From IMG/VR virus record IMGVR_UViG_2671180439_000005: a stretch of DNA of 33,721 nucleotides. One strand, written 5' to 3'. The translations under genes were made by a program, and so were the position numbers. The notes below the pieces were generated by a model. It was not told the origin of the DNA and did no database searches. It saw nothing but the letters and a program-made list of their open reading frames with translations. This DNA is from a virus. Its lineage: Duplodnaviria; Heunggongvirae; Uroviricota; Caudoviricetes. This document shows positions 17,267-26,686 of this stretch, one piece after another. Each line of letters begins with the position of its first letter. The stretch's first letter is position 1.

Positions 17267-17292
17267 CTGCTGCCGGTAAGCACCGGCAGCAG
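17267..17292. terminator. Perfect 11-bp stem hairpin between convergent cargo gene and S; probable terminator of the late O...S operon
   Basis: ctgctgccggt-aagc-accggcagcag; on the minus strand followed by TCTTCTGTT. Confidence 0.5.
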
Positions 17293-17317
17293 CAATGAGG
17301 TGTCGGGAATGACACAA

Positions 17318-17770
17318 CTAACGCTCAAGGTGAGCCAGGATAATCTCTTCAATCATCTGCACATCCTCACCGGTAAAGCCGAGCAGAGGACGCGCCGGAT
17401 AATCAATTTTCTTACCGTCTTTCCGGTTTTCTTCCGACAGACCGAACTGATGCACACTGGCGATTTTCGGTGACTTCCCGCCGTAAAATTCCATTGATGC
17501 CTGTTCCGGGCTGGCGCGGATATGCAAAAAACGACTGGTGATAAGTTTCGCAAACATTTTTCGCTTAACGCGACCGGTCTTTTTTCTGGCGCTCTGCTGC
17601 TGGCGTGGCGCGTAGGGGGTGCCGTCCGGGGCTTTCTGTGCCATCACACGATGCTGCTGACTCTGCCGCAGACGTTTCGCCAGTTCGGCACTCAGTCGCC
17701 GACGCCCTGATGGTGACAGCGACTCAATCAGTCCGGTCAGCCGGTCTTCAAAACGCTTAAACTCATTCAT
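17318..17770 (-). CDS. S: Tail completion protein gpS (150 aa)
   Basis: Track ORF; recognisable as P2 gpS. Confidence 0.8.
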   Translation of the reverse strand: MNEFKRFEDRLTGLIESLSPSGRRRLSAELAKRLRQSQQHRVMAQKAPDGTPYAPRQQQSARKKTGRVKRKMFAKLITSRFLHIRASPEQASMEFYGGKSPKIASVHQFGLSEENRKDGKKIDYPARPLLGFTGEDVQMIEEIILAHLER

Positions 17771-18230
17771 CCCACTTACTCACCAGTTCACCATTGATAT
17801 AAAGCTCCATCGGGCGGGTGACCGGCTCCGGCGGCGGTGGTTCCGGGATATTCTTCACATGCAGCGCGCCGTCAACCTCACTGACCAGCGTGCGCTCGGT
17901 CAGCATCAGGCTGATGCTGATATCAAAGCTGCTGTCATTGTTGATGTCCGCATAAAACGTGAAGCCCTTTTTCTGGCCTTCGTCGGTGGTCATGATGTCG
18001 GGCTGATTTTCCCGCAGCCACGCCAGTACCGGCACGATGAGCAGGTCAAAATCACCGGTAAAGTCGGTCACAATCACATTGAGCGTGTAACGCTTTTCGA
18101 ATGACAGCGACGTCGCCAGTGTGGAGGCAATACTCCCGTTATCCACGAATATCCGCAGCATCTCTGGACTGGTTTTCAGCACCGTGACGGCATCAGTCAG
18201 CGCCCTGCGCAGGCTGTCGGGTTTGAGCAT
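17763..18230 (-). CDS. R: Tail completion protein gpR (155 aa)
   Basis: Track ORF; position and length as in P2. Confidence 0.8.
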   Translation of the reverse strand: MLKPDSLRRALTDAVTVLKTSPEMLRIFVDNGSIASTLATSLSFEKRYTLNVIVTDFTGDFDLLIVPVLAWLRENQPDIMTTDEGQKKGFTFYADINNDSSFDISISLMLTERTLVSEVDGALHVKNIPEPPPPEPVTRPMELYINGELVSKWDE

Positions 18231-18483
18231 CGTTTTCGTCCTGACAGTGTTTAATCATTTTTACCTGGCTGGCACAGCGTGCCAGCGCGTTCTCAAGCTG
18301 CCGGATATCGGCACTTAAATCGCCGTTCGTCTCCGGGTCACTGCCCGGCATCGGGCAAAGACTCACTTTCGGGCAGGCGTTGGCGACAATCACTGGCGTC
18401 AGTGCAGGCGGGGCGCTGGTGCAACCGGCGCACAGCATCAGGCAGGTCAGCACCGTACCAGCGGCGAAAATCTTCGTTTTCAT
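18193..18483 (-). CDS. lysC: LysC, Rz1-like outer-membrane lipoprotein spanin (96 aa), embedded out of frame in lysB
   Basis: Internal ATG at 18481-18483 of track ORF 18193..18600; signal peptide with lipobox LMLCAGC; extends past the lysB stop into the R start, as in P2. Confidence 0.65.
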   Translation of the reverse strand: MKTKIFAAGTVLTCLMLCAGCTSAPPALTPVIVANACPKVSLCPMPGSDPETNGDLSADIRQLENALARCASQVKMIKHCQDENDAQTRQPAQGAD

Positions 18484-18763
18484 TGAGTAATCTCGTGATG
18501 GTTTTCTCGCGCTGTGCTTCACGCTTCGCGGCGTTCTCCAGTTCCTGACGCAGAGCCACCTGCGCCAGCTCGTTTTTGTCTGCCCTGGTGATGGCAACAT
18601 GAAGCTGATTTTTCAGCATGGTGATGGTCGTCTGCTGTTCACTGGCGACGTTGTTCGCCCTGTCCAGCAAGGCGCGCAGGCTGGCGTTTTCATGCTTCGC
18701 CAGAAACAGACCGGCCACCGCCAGTGATAACAACACAACCAGCACAATCATCAGCTTTGACAT
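18338..18763 (-). CDS. lysB: LysB, Rz-like inner-membrane spanin (141 aa)
   Basis: Track ORF; N-terminal TM helix then coiled-coil; matches P2 LysB. Confidence 0.75.
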   Translation of the reverse strand: MSKLMIVLVVLLSLAVAGLFLAKHENASLRALLDRANNVASEQQTTITMLKNQLHVAITRADKNELAQVALRQELENAAKREAQREKTITRLLNENEDFRRWYGADLPDAVRRLHQRPACTDASDCRQRLPESESLPDAGQ

Positions 18764-19176
18764 GGTTCCCGCCCCTCAAAACGCTGACGACAGGCCGTGC
18801 GTATCAACCGGAAGAACACCGACGCCACGAGGTAAATCAGCGCGGTAAAAATCCACCCGGCAGCGACCAGCGAGATAAACGTCGCCACCATCACCACCAG
18901 AGCCGCCGCCCGTCTGCGCCACGGCACCGGCTGCAAAAACAGCGACGCGACAATCTTCACGGCCAGCGATTCCGGCGGCAGCTCCCGCCCGTAGCGTTCC
19001 AGCACATACTCAGTGGCATACACGCCGACACCACCGGCAACCACACAGATAACCGTCGCCAGAATCGCCCAGGTGGCGACAAAACTGACGGCCACGCTCT
19101 GCGGGTAAATCAGGGACAGTGCCGGCATCAGCGCCAGCGACACGTTCAGCATCAGTGAAAGGGATAATTTCTTCAT
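18751..19176 (-). CDS. lysA: LysA, membrane protein affecting lysis timing (141 aa)
   Basis: Track ORF; multi-TM hydrophobic protein between K and lysB as in P2. Confidence 0.7.
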   Translation of the reverse strand: MKKLSLSLMLNVSLALMPALSLIYPQSVAVSFVATWAILATVICVVAGGVGVYATEYVLERYGRELPPESLAVKIVASLFLQPVPWRRRAAALVVMVATFISLVAAGWIFTALIYLVASVFFRLIRTACRQRFEGREPCQS

Positions 19177-19190
19177 GGTGTTTACTCCGT

Positions 19191-19688
19191 TTAAGCCGGT
19201 ACGCCGCCAGCGGTACGCCAGACGGTGACCAGTTTTTCCAGTGAATGCTCACGCTGACCGTAACCGGCTCCCGGCAGGGACGCCCAGATATTGCGACAGC
19301 GTGAAATGGCGCGCTCAATGCGTCCCGCCCGGATGTCATCCAGTGCACCGCGTTCGCGGATCAACTGAATGGCGAGTCTGTCCTGTGACAACGGACTGAA
19401 ATCCGGCAGGGCAAGCTGTTTGCGGTAGTGCGGCCAGAACAGGTAAAGCTGCTGATAGCGACCGGAGGCCGTGGATTTTTCACCGCGACGGTTAAACACC
19501 TTCGCCGGTCGGCCATGCGCGAACGGGTGGTCACTGTAGTCGGTGAAAATTTCCGGCTTCCCGTCCAGTCCGGTGACTATCACGTCATAGCCCCGGTTTT
19601 TCGTCAGCGGATGATTCGCCGTCCCTTCGGACACGGCCAGCATGTCGAGAAAGGCAGCGATATTCTGATGCGTGTTAATTACCGGCAT
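19191..19688 (-). CDS. K: Endolysin gpK (lysozyme, 165 aa)
   Basis: Track ORF; same length and position as P2 K. Confidence 0.85.
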   Translation of the reverse strand: MPVINTHQNIAAFLDMLAVSEGTANHPLTKNRGYDVIVTGLDGKPEIFTDYSDHPFAHGRPAKVFNRRGEKSTASGRYQQLYLFWPHYRKQLALPDFSPLSQDRLAIQLIRERGALDDIRAGRIERAISRCRNIWASLPGAGYGQREHSLEKLVTVWRTAGGVPA

Positions 19689-19969
19689 TACTGTTTCCCC
19701 CTGCCCTTAAAACGGCGCTGAATGGCAATCTCAATCACCTGATAACCGGCGATACCCAGCATGGAGCCGATGCCGCACACCGCAGGCAGTGACAGGTCAG
19801 GGAACTGCACCAGAACAACACCGGCAACCATCGAGACAAAACCACCGAGCAACATGCGCCCGATAAACAGACGCGGGGTGATGGGTTCACCACCGGCAAG
19901 CACCTTGCCGACAACAATCAGCACTCCAATCATAAAAAGCGACAGGACGCTTTTTTCTTCTGCTGTCAT
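19688..19969 (-). CDS. Y: Holin gpY (93 aa)
   Basis: Track ORF; two or three TM helices; directly upstream of endolysin. Confidence 0.8.
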   Translation of the reverse strand: MTAEEKSVLSLFMIGVLIVVGKVLAGGEPITPRLFIGRMLLGGFVSMVAGVVLVQFPDLSLPAVCGIGSMLGIAGYQVIEIAIQRRFKGRGKQ

Positions 19970-19972
19970 GCG

Positions 19973-20176
19973 TTACTCCCACAGATTGACAGTTTCAGCC
20001 ACGGGCGCGGTCTGAACGTCGGGCAGTTCGACGGCGGTGCCGTGCGGCAGCACCGCGCCCAGTTCAGCCAGTCCCGGATTTGCGGCGAGCACGGTCTCAA
20101 CCACGCCCTCAGTGCGCCCGTAATACCGGACACAAATGGCGTCGAGCGTGTCGCCCTGTAGCGCAAAGGTCTTCAT
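19973..20176 (-). CDS. X: Tail protein gpX (67 aa)
   Basis: Internal ATG (Met24 of track ORF 19973..20245) gives MKTFALQGDTLDAICVRYYGRTEGVVETVLAANPGLAELG..., the P2 gpX sequence as recalled; overlaps the L stop (ATGA). Confidence 0.75.
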   Translation of the reverse strand: MKTFALQGDTLDAICVRYYGRTEGVVETVLAANPGLAELGAVLPHGTAVELPDVQTAPVAETVNLWE

Positions 20177-20685
20177 CAGATTTGACTCACGATGCAGCGC
20201 GGCTTGTCCTGGATACGCGCCACTGCCCAGCGCATATCCCGCCACAGCTCATCAATGGTGCTGTCAATGCTGTCGGCCTTCTTGTCGCCTTTCGCACTGG
20301 CATCCACACCGCGATAACGTTCATAAAGCGACGCGGTCGCCATCGCACACACGGCGCGCTCGTAGTAAAAAACTTTGATGCTTTCACCGTCGATGTCGTC
20401 CGCCGGGACGTCCGCCAGACGCGTAAAACCGGCGGCAATTTTCTGTTCGCGGTACTCGTACAGCTCCGCATTCGTCTCCGCCATGCCTGACTTGATGGCC
20501 TCACGCAGACGGGCGGGGGCGACGGTCTGCTCAAGGCGCATACGTTCCCGGACGCGCTTCGGGTCGATATCGGGAAAAAAGAACGTGTTTTTAATCACCG
20601 GCTCGTCGCCTGCCGGTTGCGGGATGACCACCGTACCCTCACCGGACACGGGAGCCTCCTTTCGCGGAATAATCAGCGTCATCAT
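20176..20685 (-). CDS. L: Head completion protein gpL (169 aa)
   Basis: Start MMTLIIPRKEAP at Met21 of the track ORF, with GAGG RBS; matches P2 gpL. Confidence 0.8.
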   Translation of the reverse strand: MMTLIIPRKEAPVSGEGTVVIPQPAGDEPVIKNTFFFPDIDPKRVRERMRLEQTVAPARLREAIKSGMAETNAELYEYREQKIAAGFTRLADVPADDIDGESIKVFYYERAVCAMATASLYERYRGVDASAKGDKKADSIDSTIDELWRDMRWAVARIQDKPRCIVSQI

Positions 20686-20784
20686 GACTACCTCTGAAAA
20701 GTCGGGCGGTGGACGCCGGTGCAGTGTCAGGTGATTCACCCTCACTGACCGGCGTGCCGCCCTGGCGCGGGGCGCATTCGGTTG

Positions 20785-21528
20785 TTAACTGGCTTTCTTT
20801 TTCGGGCGTCCACGTTTTGCCGGTGTCACGCTCCGGATCTTACGCGGGGCGCGGGTGGCCGCTTTGGGCTGCGGCTCCGGCTTCGGTTTCAGCTCCCGCT
20901 CCAGTCGTTCAATCTCTTTTTTGACGCCTGCCTGACAGTCGAGCTGTGTCGCACGTTGCAGGTGAGCCAGCGCACCGGCGGCATCACCACCGTCACGCAG
21001 AAACAGACCGGTGATTTTGTGCAGCTTTGCGCGCACTTCATCAGGCATGTCAGCCGTGGCGGTCAGTTCAAGGGTCTCCGTCAGCAGGCGGGTATCCACA
21101 GACTCACCGGCAGCGTGGGCACGCATGGCCGCAAGCGCTACCTCCTCGGTGAACATGTACGGCGGGGTACGGCGGTGTTTACCCGGCATGGTCAGACCGT
21201 ACTTCAGGGCATAACGGGCAATCTCCAGCGCACCGGCAATATCGCCGGTATCCAGACGCCACAGCATGACCGTCATCAGAATGTCATCCTGTGCACCTTT
21301 GCCCTGCTCCAGCACGCCGTTCACCCACGGCAACCAGAACGGCAGCAGTTCGCGTTTTTTCGCGGCCTTCAGCTCTTTTGAATAAATCGCTTTCAGTGTG
21401 CGCTGGTCTGCGGCGAGCTTAACCAGCATCTGCTCATAGACAGTTGCATGTCGCAGCGGGGCGGCTTCCCGCTGCGCGGTCATCGCTGCCGAGACCCGCA
21501 TCATGTGGCGCTGTGCGGGACTCGTCAT
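20785..21528 (-). CDS. M: Terminase small (endonuclease) subunit gpM (247 aa)
   Basis: Track ORF; same length and position as P2 M. Confidence 0.8.
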   Translation of the reverse strand: MTSPAQRHMMRVSAAMTAQREAAPLRHATVYEQMLVKLAADQRTLKAIYSKELKAAKKRELLPFWLPWVNGVLEQGKGAQDDILMTVMLWRLDTGDIAGALEIARYALKYGLTMPGKHRRTPPYMFTEEVALAAMRAHAAGESVDTRLLTETLELTATADMPDEVRAKLHKITGLFLRDGGDAAGALAHLQRATQLDCQAGVKKEIERLERELKPKPEPQPKAATRAPRKIRSVTPAKRGRPKKKAS

Positions 21529-21531
21529 CGG

Positions 21532-22605
21532 TTACGCTCCCGGCTCTGCGGTCGCTTTAGCCAGTGTGGAGAAATCACCGACCTTAATTTTTTCCACCAG
21601 ACAACCGGCGGCGTAGTCTTCCACCACGTAATCAATGTTCATTGACTCGTAGTTCTCCACGCGGTCGAGTTTCGGGTTTTCCTCAATCACGCGGCGATGG
21701 CTGTCATCCATGTAGTAGATGGACAGGTTTTCCAGCTTTGTGATGAGCATCGCATCCGCCGGGAAGTACGGGACGCGTACCGCCGGCAGGTTACCGATGC
21801 GTTTCTGGCTGATGATGACGTCAGCGGCCAGCATTTCGCTGTTGTCCTGCTCCTTGTTGACGATGGGAAAATACTTGTCCGCCAGTAGCTGACGTCCCAC
21901 AATCACCACAAGGTCAGGGTCTTCCTGATACCACGGCTCAATCAGGTTGTTGGTCGCATCCATCACCAGTGCGTCAAGGCTGGCATAATCACCGCCCTTA
22001 CCCACGCGGATAACCTCAGAGGTGGTGTGCCCTTCCTCGTCAGTGACCTTGCTCATCACGCGCGCCGGGGCTTCATTGCGGTATTTCTGCAGCCAGCCGA
22101 CCGCCACATCCTGCAGCATCGGATTGCTGCTGCGGTCAGAGGTTTCGGCACGCCTCACGCCGTTAAAACCGGCCATGATTAAATCAAGGGACTGGCGTTT
22201 GATAATGGCGTTACGGACACGGAGCTGGAAATCCTGATAACGCGCCCACAGGTCCAGCGTTTTGTAGCGGATATAAAAATCGAAGTTAATCTGGTCGCAT
22301 TCGTACTTGTTTGACGCCAGCTTCGAGAAGTCCTTCGGCTGACGCTCGGTGCCACCGGCGGTGTCGGTGGTGCTGGCGATGGAGCCGGTGACACCGATGC
22401 CAATTTTTTCCCCTTTCATTTCGCTGACCGGCACAATGTTGATGCGGGTCAGAAAGTCAGAGGACTCCTGCATGGTGTTCATCAGGGTCTGGGTGACCGA
22501 CGGTTCAACGGTGAATTTTTTCGACACATCACCGGCGTCGATGCCGTTCAGTTCGGCAACACGGGACAGGTAGGCATTAAATTTAAAGCGGGTTTCCTGG
22601 CGCAT
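21532..22605 (-). CDS. N: Major capsid protein gpN (357 aa)
   Basis: Track ORF; same length and position as P2 N. Confidence 0.9.
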   Translation of the reverse strand: MRQETRFKFNAYLSRVAELNGIDAGDVSKKFTVEPSVTQTLMNTMQESSDFLTRINIVPVSEMKGEKIGIGVTGSIASTTDTAGGTERQPKDFSKLASNKYECDQINFDFYIRYKTLDLWARYQDFQLRVRNAIIKRQSLDLIMAGFNGVRRAETSDRSSNPMLQDVAVGWLQKYRNEAPARVMSKVTDEEGHTTSEVIRVGKGGDYASLDALVMDATNNLIEPWYQEDPDLVVIVGRQLLADKYFPIVNKEQDNSEMLAADVIISQKRIGNLPAVRVPYFPADAMLITKLENLSIYYMDDSHRRVIEENPKLDRVENYESMNIDYVVEDYAAGCLVEKIKVGDFSTLAKATAEPGA

Positions 22606-22663
22606 AGTTTTTCCTGAAATTAAGGGTTAATCGTGAAGGTTTTCCCGGACTGACTGACGCCGG

Positions 22664-23518
22664 TCAGCAGTTCGTCATCAGGGCGTCACCGCCACCACCG
22701 GTGGCCTTGCTGCGGCGCTGCTGGGTCAGACTTTCGGTGTGGTCGAGACTGTTTTTCAGGCGGGTGAATGCCTGGCTGGTTTCATCCGCCCTGTCAGTCA
22801 CATCCTGCTTAAGTGCGGAAAAAGCGGTTTCCATCTCAGCGAGGCGCTGCTCAGTGGCGCTCAGTTTTTCCTGCACATGTTCAGCAACAGCGGTCACCGC
22901 TTCATGCACGTCATTCAGACGGGCGTCATCGCTGGCCTGTTTGCGGCCAAAAATGGACTTCACCTTTTCGGTCAGGGCGGTGAACACGGTTTCAGGCAGG
23001 TCTTCAAATTCCAGCTCAACGGGCGTTGCCACTGAAATCAGGTTTTCAGGGCTTAATTTGAAGCGGTTCAGGGGGTTGTGTTTTGCCGTGCGGCAGAATT
23101 CCAGGTATTCCGTGCCGAGGCTTGCCGGGTCATCGGTGACGGCCAGACCCACCAGATAACATTTGCCGGTGTTGGCAAAGTTCGGCTGAATTTCCATTGA
23201 GGTGTAGACCTTCTGCGCGGCCTTGTTCATCGCGATAAGGTCATCGGTCGGGGTGATTTTCGCAAACAGCGCCCATTTGCCTTTCAGCGCCGAATCATCG
23301 TCAATCTTTTCGGCCTTCAGTTCGACCACATCGCCATAACGCTTAAAAATACCGTCAGGCAGGATGCCGCGCAGATGTTCCAGGTTAATGCGGCAACCAT
23401 AGACTCGCGGGTCAAAGGTTTCGGCCATTTCCTGAATATCCTGCGCACTGATGACACGCCCGTCACAGGTGTCACCCTCAACGCCGATACGAAAGAATTT
23501 TGAGACTTTTTTTGCCAT
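22664..23518 (-). CDS. O: Capsid scaffolding protein/protease gpO (284 aa)
   Basis: Start MAKKVSKFFRIGVEGDTCDGR at Met23 of the track ORF, matching P2 gpO. Confidence 0.85.
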   Translation of the reverse strand: MAKKVSKFFRIGVEGDTCDGRVISAQDIQEMAETFDPRVYGCRINLEHLRGILPDGIFKRYGDVVELKAEKIDDDSALKGKWALFAKITPTDDLIAMNKAAQKVYTSMEIQPNFANTGKCYLVGLAVTDDPASLGTEYLEFCRTAKHNPLNRFKLSPENLISVATPVELEFEDLPETVFTALTEKVKSIFGRKQASDDARLNDVHEAVTAVAEHVQEKLSATEQRLAEMETAFSALKQDVTDRADETSQAFTRLKNSLDHTESLTQQRRSKATGGGGDALMTNC

Positions 23519-23691
23519 TGTCAGGAGTCCTGAATAGTGATTAGAGGAGTCACATGTCGGCATCAGTTTCCCGACGATGCGCATCCTCCGCCATCAGTCC
23601 CGGATGGCTTATCACTGACACAACAGCACCTTAGCGAATCGCGGGGCGCGACTCAGTAGCCTTGCCGTGTATTCATCACGGCGAGGTATTC

Positions 23692-25464
23692 ATGACCATC
23701 ACCACAGACACCACTCTTTTGCACGACCCGCGTCGTCAGGCGGCGCTGCTGTACTGGCAGGGGTTTTCCGTGCCGCAGATTGCCGCCATGTTGCAGATGA
23801 AACGCCCGACGGTGCAGAGCTGGAAACAGCGCGACGGCTGGGACAGCGTTGCCCCCATCAGCCGTGTCGAAATGAGTCTGGAAGCGCGGCTGACCCAGCT
23901 CATCATCAAACCGCAGAAAACCGGCGGTGACTTCAAGGAAATTGACCTGCTCGGACGCCAGATTGAACGACTGGCACGGGTAAACCGCTACAGCCAGACC
24001 GGCAACGAGGCAGACCTTAATCCGAACATCGCTAACCGCAACAAAGGCGGGCGGCGCAAACCGAAAAAGAATTTTTTCAGTGACGAGGCTATCGAAAAGC
24101 TGGAGCAGATTTTCTTTGAGCAGTCTTTCGAATATCAGTTGCACTGGTATCGCGCCGGGCTTGAGCACCGCATCCGCGATATCCTGAAATCCCGCCAGAT
24201 TGGCGCGACGTTTTATTTTTCCCGCGAGGCGCTGCTGCGCGCCCTGAAAACCGGTCATAACCAGATTTTTCTGTCGGCCAGTAAAACGCAGGCGTATGTG
24301 TTCCGCGAATACATCATCGCCTTTGCCCGGCTGGTTGACGTTGACCTGACCGGTGACCCGATTGTCCTGGGCAATAACGGCGCAAAACTGATTTTTCTCG
24401 GCACCAACTCCAACACCGCGCAGAGCCATAACGGCGACCTGTACGTCGACGAGATTTTCTGGATACCGAATTTTCAGGTACTGCGTAAGGTGGCATCAGG
24501 TATGGCCTCACAGAGTCACCTGCGCTCGACCTATTTCTCCACCCCGTCCACGCTGGCGCACGACGCCTACCCGTTCTGGTCGGGTGAACTGTTCAACCGG
24601 GGACGCGCCAGCGCCGCCGAACGCGTGGAAATCGACGTCAGTCATAACGCTCTTGCCGGTGGGCTTCTCTGTGCGGACGGTCAGTGGCGGCAGATTGTCA
24701 CCATTGAGGACGCCCTGAAAGGTGGCTGCACGCTGTTCGACATTGAGCAGCTTAAACGCGAAAACAGCGCCGACGATTTTAAAAACCTGTTCATGTGTGA
24801 ATTTGTTGACGACAAGGCGTCGGTGTTCCCGTTCGAGGAGCTGCAACGCTGCATGGTCGACACGCTGGAAGAATGGGAAGACTATGCGCCGTTTGCCGCG
24901 AATCCGTTCGGCTCCCGCCCGGTCTGGATTGGTTACGACCCGTCACACCGTGGCGACAGTGCCGGATGCGTGGTGCTGGCACCGCCGGTGGTGGCCGGTG
25001 GCAAATTCAGAATACTTGAGCGTCACCAGTGGAAAGGCATGGACTTTGCCACCCAGGCTGAATCCATCCGCAAACTCACCGAAAAATACAACGTCGAATA
25101 CATCGGAATTGATGCCACCGGCCTCGGTGTCGGCGTGTTCCAGCTCGTTCGCTCGTTCTATCCCGCCGCACGCGATATCCGCTACACGCCGGAAATGAAA
25201 ACCGCAATGGTGCTCAAGGCAAAAGACGTTATTCGCCGTGGCTGTCTGGAATATGACGTCAGCGCCACCGACATCACCAGCTCGTTTATGGCTATCCGCA
25301 AGACCATGACCAGCAGCGGACGCAGCGCCACCTATGAGGCCAGCCGCAGCGAGGAAGCCAGCCACGCCGACCTCGCCTGGGCGACCATGCACGCCCTGTT
25401 AAATGAGCCACTCACCGCCGGTATCAGCACCCCGCTGACATCCACCATTCTGGAGTTTTACTGA
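23692..25464 (+). CDS. P: Terminase large (ATPase) subunit gpP (590 aa)
   Basis: Start MTITTDTTLLHDPRRQAALLYWQGFSVPQIAAML at Met11 of the track ORF, matching P2 gpP; divergent from O. Confidence 0.85.
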   Translation: MTITTDTTLLHDPRRQAALLYWQGFSVPQIAAMLQMKRPTVQSWKQRDGWDSVAPISRVEMSLEARLTQLIIKPQKTGGDFKEIDLLGRQIERLARVNRYSQTGNEADLNPNIANRNKGGRRKPKKNFFSDEAIEKLEQIFFEQSFEYQLHWYRAGLEHRIRDILKSRQIGATFYFSREALLRALKTGHNQIFLSASKTQAYVFREYIIAFARLVDVDLTGDPIVLGNNGAKLIFLGTNSNTAQSHNGDLYVDEIFWIPNFQVLRKVASGMASQSHLRSTYFSTPSTLAHDAYPFWSGELFNRGRASAAERVEIDVSHNALAGGLLCADGQWRQIVTIEDALKGGCTLFDIEQLKRENSADDFKNLFMCEFVDDKASVFPFEELQRCMVDTLEEWEDYAPFAANPFGSRPVWIGYDPSHRGDSAGCVVLAPPVVAGGKFRILERHQWKGMDFATQAESIRKLTEKYNVEYIGIDATGLGVGVFQLVRSFYPAARDIRYTPEMKTAMVLKAKDVIRRGCLEYDVSATDITSSFMAIRKTMTSSGRSATYEASRSEEASHADLAWATMHALLNEPLTAGISTPLTSTILEFY

Positions 25465-26498
25465 TGAGTAAGAAAAAAGGGAAAACACCGCAGCCAGCGG
25501 TGAAAACAATGACTGCCAGCGCCCCGAAAATGGAGGCATTCACCTTTGGTGAGCCGGTGCCGGTACTCGACCGCCGTGATATTCTGGATTACGTCGAGTG
25601 CATCAGTAACGGCAGATGGTATGAGCCACCGGTCAGCTTTACCGGTCTGGCAAAAAGCCTGCGTGCTGCCGTGCATCACAGCTCACCGATTTACGTCAAA
25701 CGTAATATTCTGGCCTCAACGTTTATCCCGCACCCGTGGCTTTCCCAGCAGGATTTCAGCCGCTTTGTGCTGGATTTTCTGGTGTTCGGTAATGCGTTTC
25801 TGGAAAAGCGCTACAGCACTACCGGTAAGGTCATCAGACTGGAAACCTCACCGGCAAAATATACCCGCCGTGGCGTGGAGGAGGATGTTTACTGGTGGGT
25901 GCCATCCTTCAACGAGCCGACACCTTTCGCGCCCGGCTCCGTGTTTCACCTGCTGGAGCCGGATATCAATCAGGAGCTGTACGGCCTGCCGGAATATCTC
26001 AGCGCCCTTAACTCTGCCTGGCTGAATGAGTCGGCCACGCTGTTCCGCCGCAAGTATTACGAAAACGGCGCACATGCCGGATACATCATGTACGTCACCG
26101 ATGCCGTGCAGGATCGCAACGATATCGAAATGCTTCGCGAAAACATGGTGAAGTCGAAAGGCCGCAACAACTTTAAAAACCTGTTTCTCTACGCCCCACA
26201 GGGAAAAGCCGACGGTATTAAAATTATCCCGCTCAGTGAAGTGGCAACGAAGGACGATTTTTTTAATATCAAAAAAGCCAGCGCCGCAGACCTGCTGGAC
26301 GCGCACCGCATCCCTTTTCAGTTGATGGGCGGCAAGCCGGAGAACGTCGGGTCGCTGGGTGATATTGAGAAAGTGGCAAAGGTCTTTGTCCGCAATGAGC
26401 TTATCCCGTTACAGGACAGGATCCGCGAGATAAACGGCTGGCTCGGTCAGGAGGTCATCCGCTTTAAAAACTACTCACTGGACACTGACAACGGCTGA
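25464..26498 (+). CDS. Q: Portal protein gpQ (344 aa)
   Basis: Track ORF; ATG overlaps the P stop (TGATG); same length as P2 Q. Confidence 0.85.
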   Translation: MSKKKGKTPQPAVKTMTASAPKMEAFTFGEPVPVLDRRDILDYVECISNGRWYEPPVSFTGLAKSLRAAVHHSSPIYVKRNILASTFIPHPWLSQQDFSRFVLDFLVFGNAFLEKRYSTTGKVIRLETSPAKYTRRGVEEDVYWWVPSFNEPTPFAPGSVFHLLEPDINQELYGLPEYLSALNSAWLNESATLFRRKYYENGAHAGYIMYVTDAVQDRNDIEMLRENMVKSKGRNNFKNLFLYAPQGKADGIKIIPLSEVATKDDFFNIKKASAADLLDAHRIPFQLMGGKPENVGSLGDIEKVAKVFVRNELIPLQDRIREINGWLGQEVIRFKNYSLDTDNG

Positions 26499-26503
26499 AC
26501 ATC

Positions 26504-26527
26504 GCCGCCTGCGGGCGGCTTTTTTAC
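26504..26527 (+). terminator. Rho-independent terminator after Q
   Basis: gccgcc-tgcg-ggcggc hairpin followed by tttttta. Confidence 0.6.
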
Positions 26528-26667
26528 ACCCCGTCATCACGCCCTCACACGCTCACCACCGCACAAAACACCCCGCAGACACACCAACGCCTCAACGGGC
26601 AGACTAAGCGCCTTCACGACGCGCTCAGACGCTGAAAAAATAAAATCAGCACCACCGCCAGCGCGCA

Positions 26668-26686
26668 GTGCTATCCCCGCCTCGCC
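26668..26686 (-). other. cos cohesive-end site
   Basis: Reverse complement GGCGAGGCGGGGATAGCAC differs at one position from the 19-nt P2 cohesive end GGCGAGGCGGGGAAAGCAC as I recall it; located between Q and the A-side cargo, as cos is in a P2 prophage. Confidence 0.55.
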
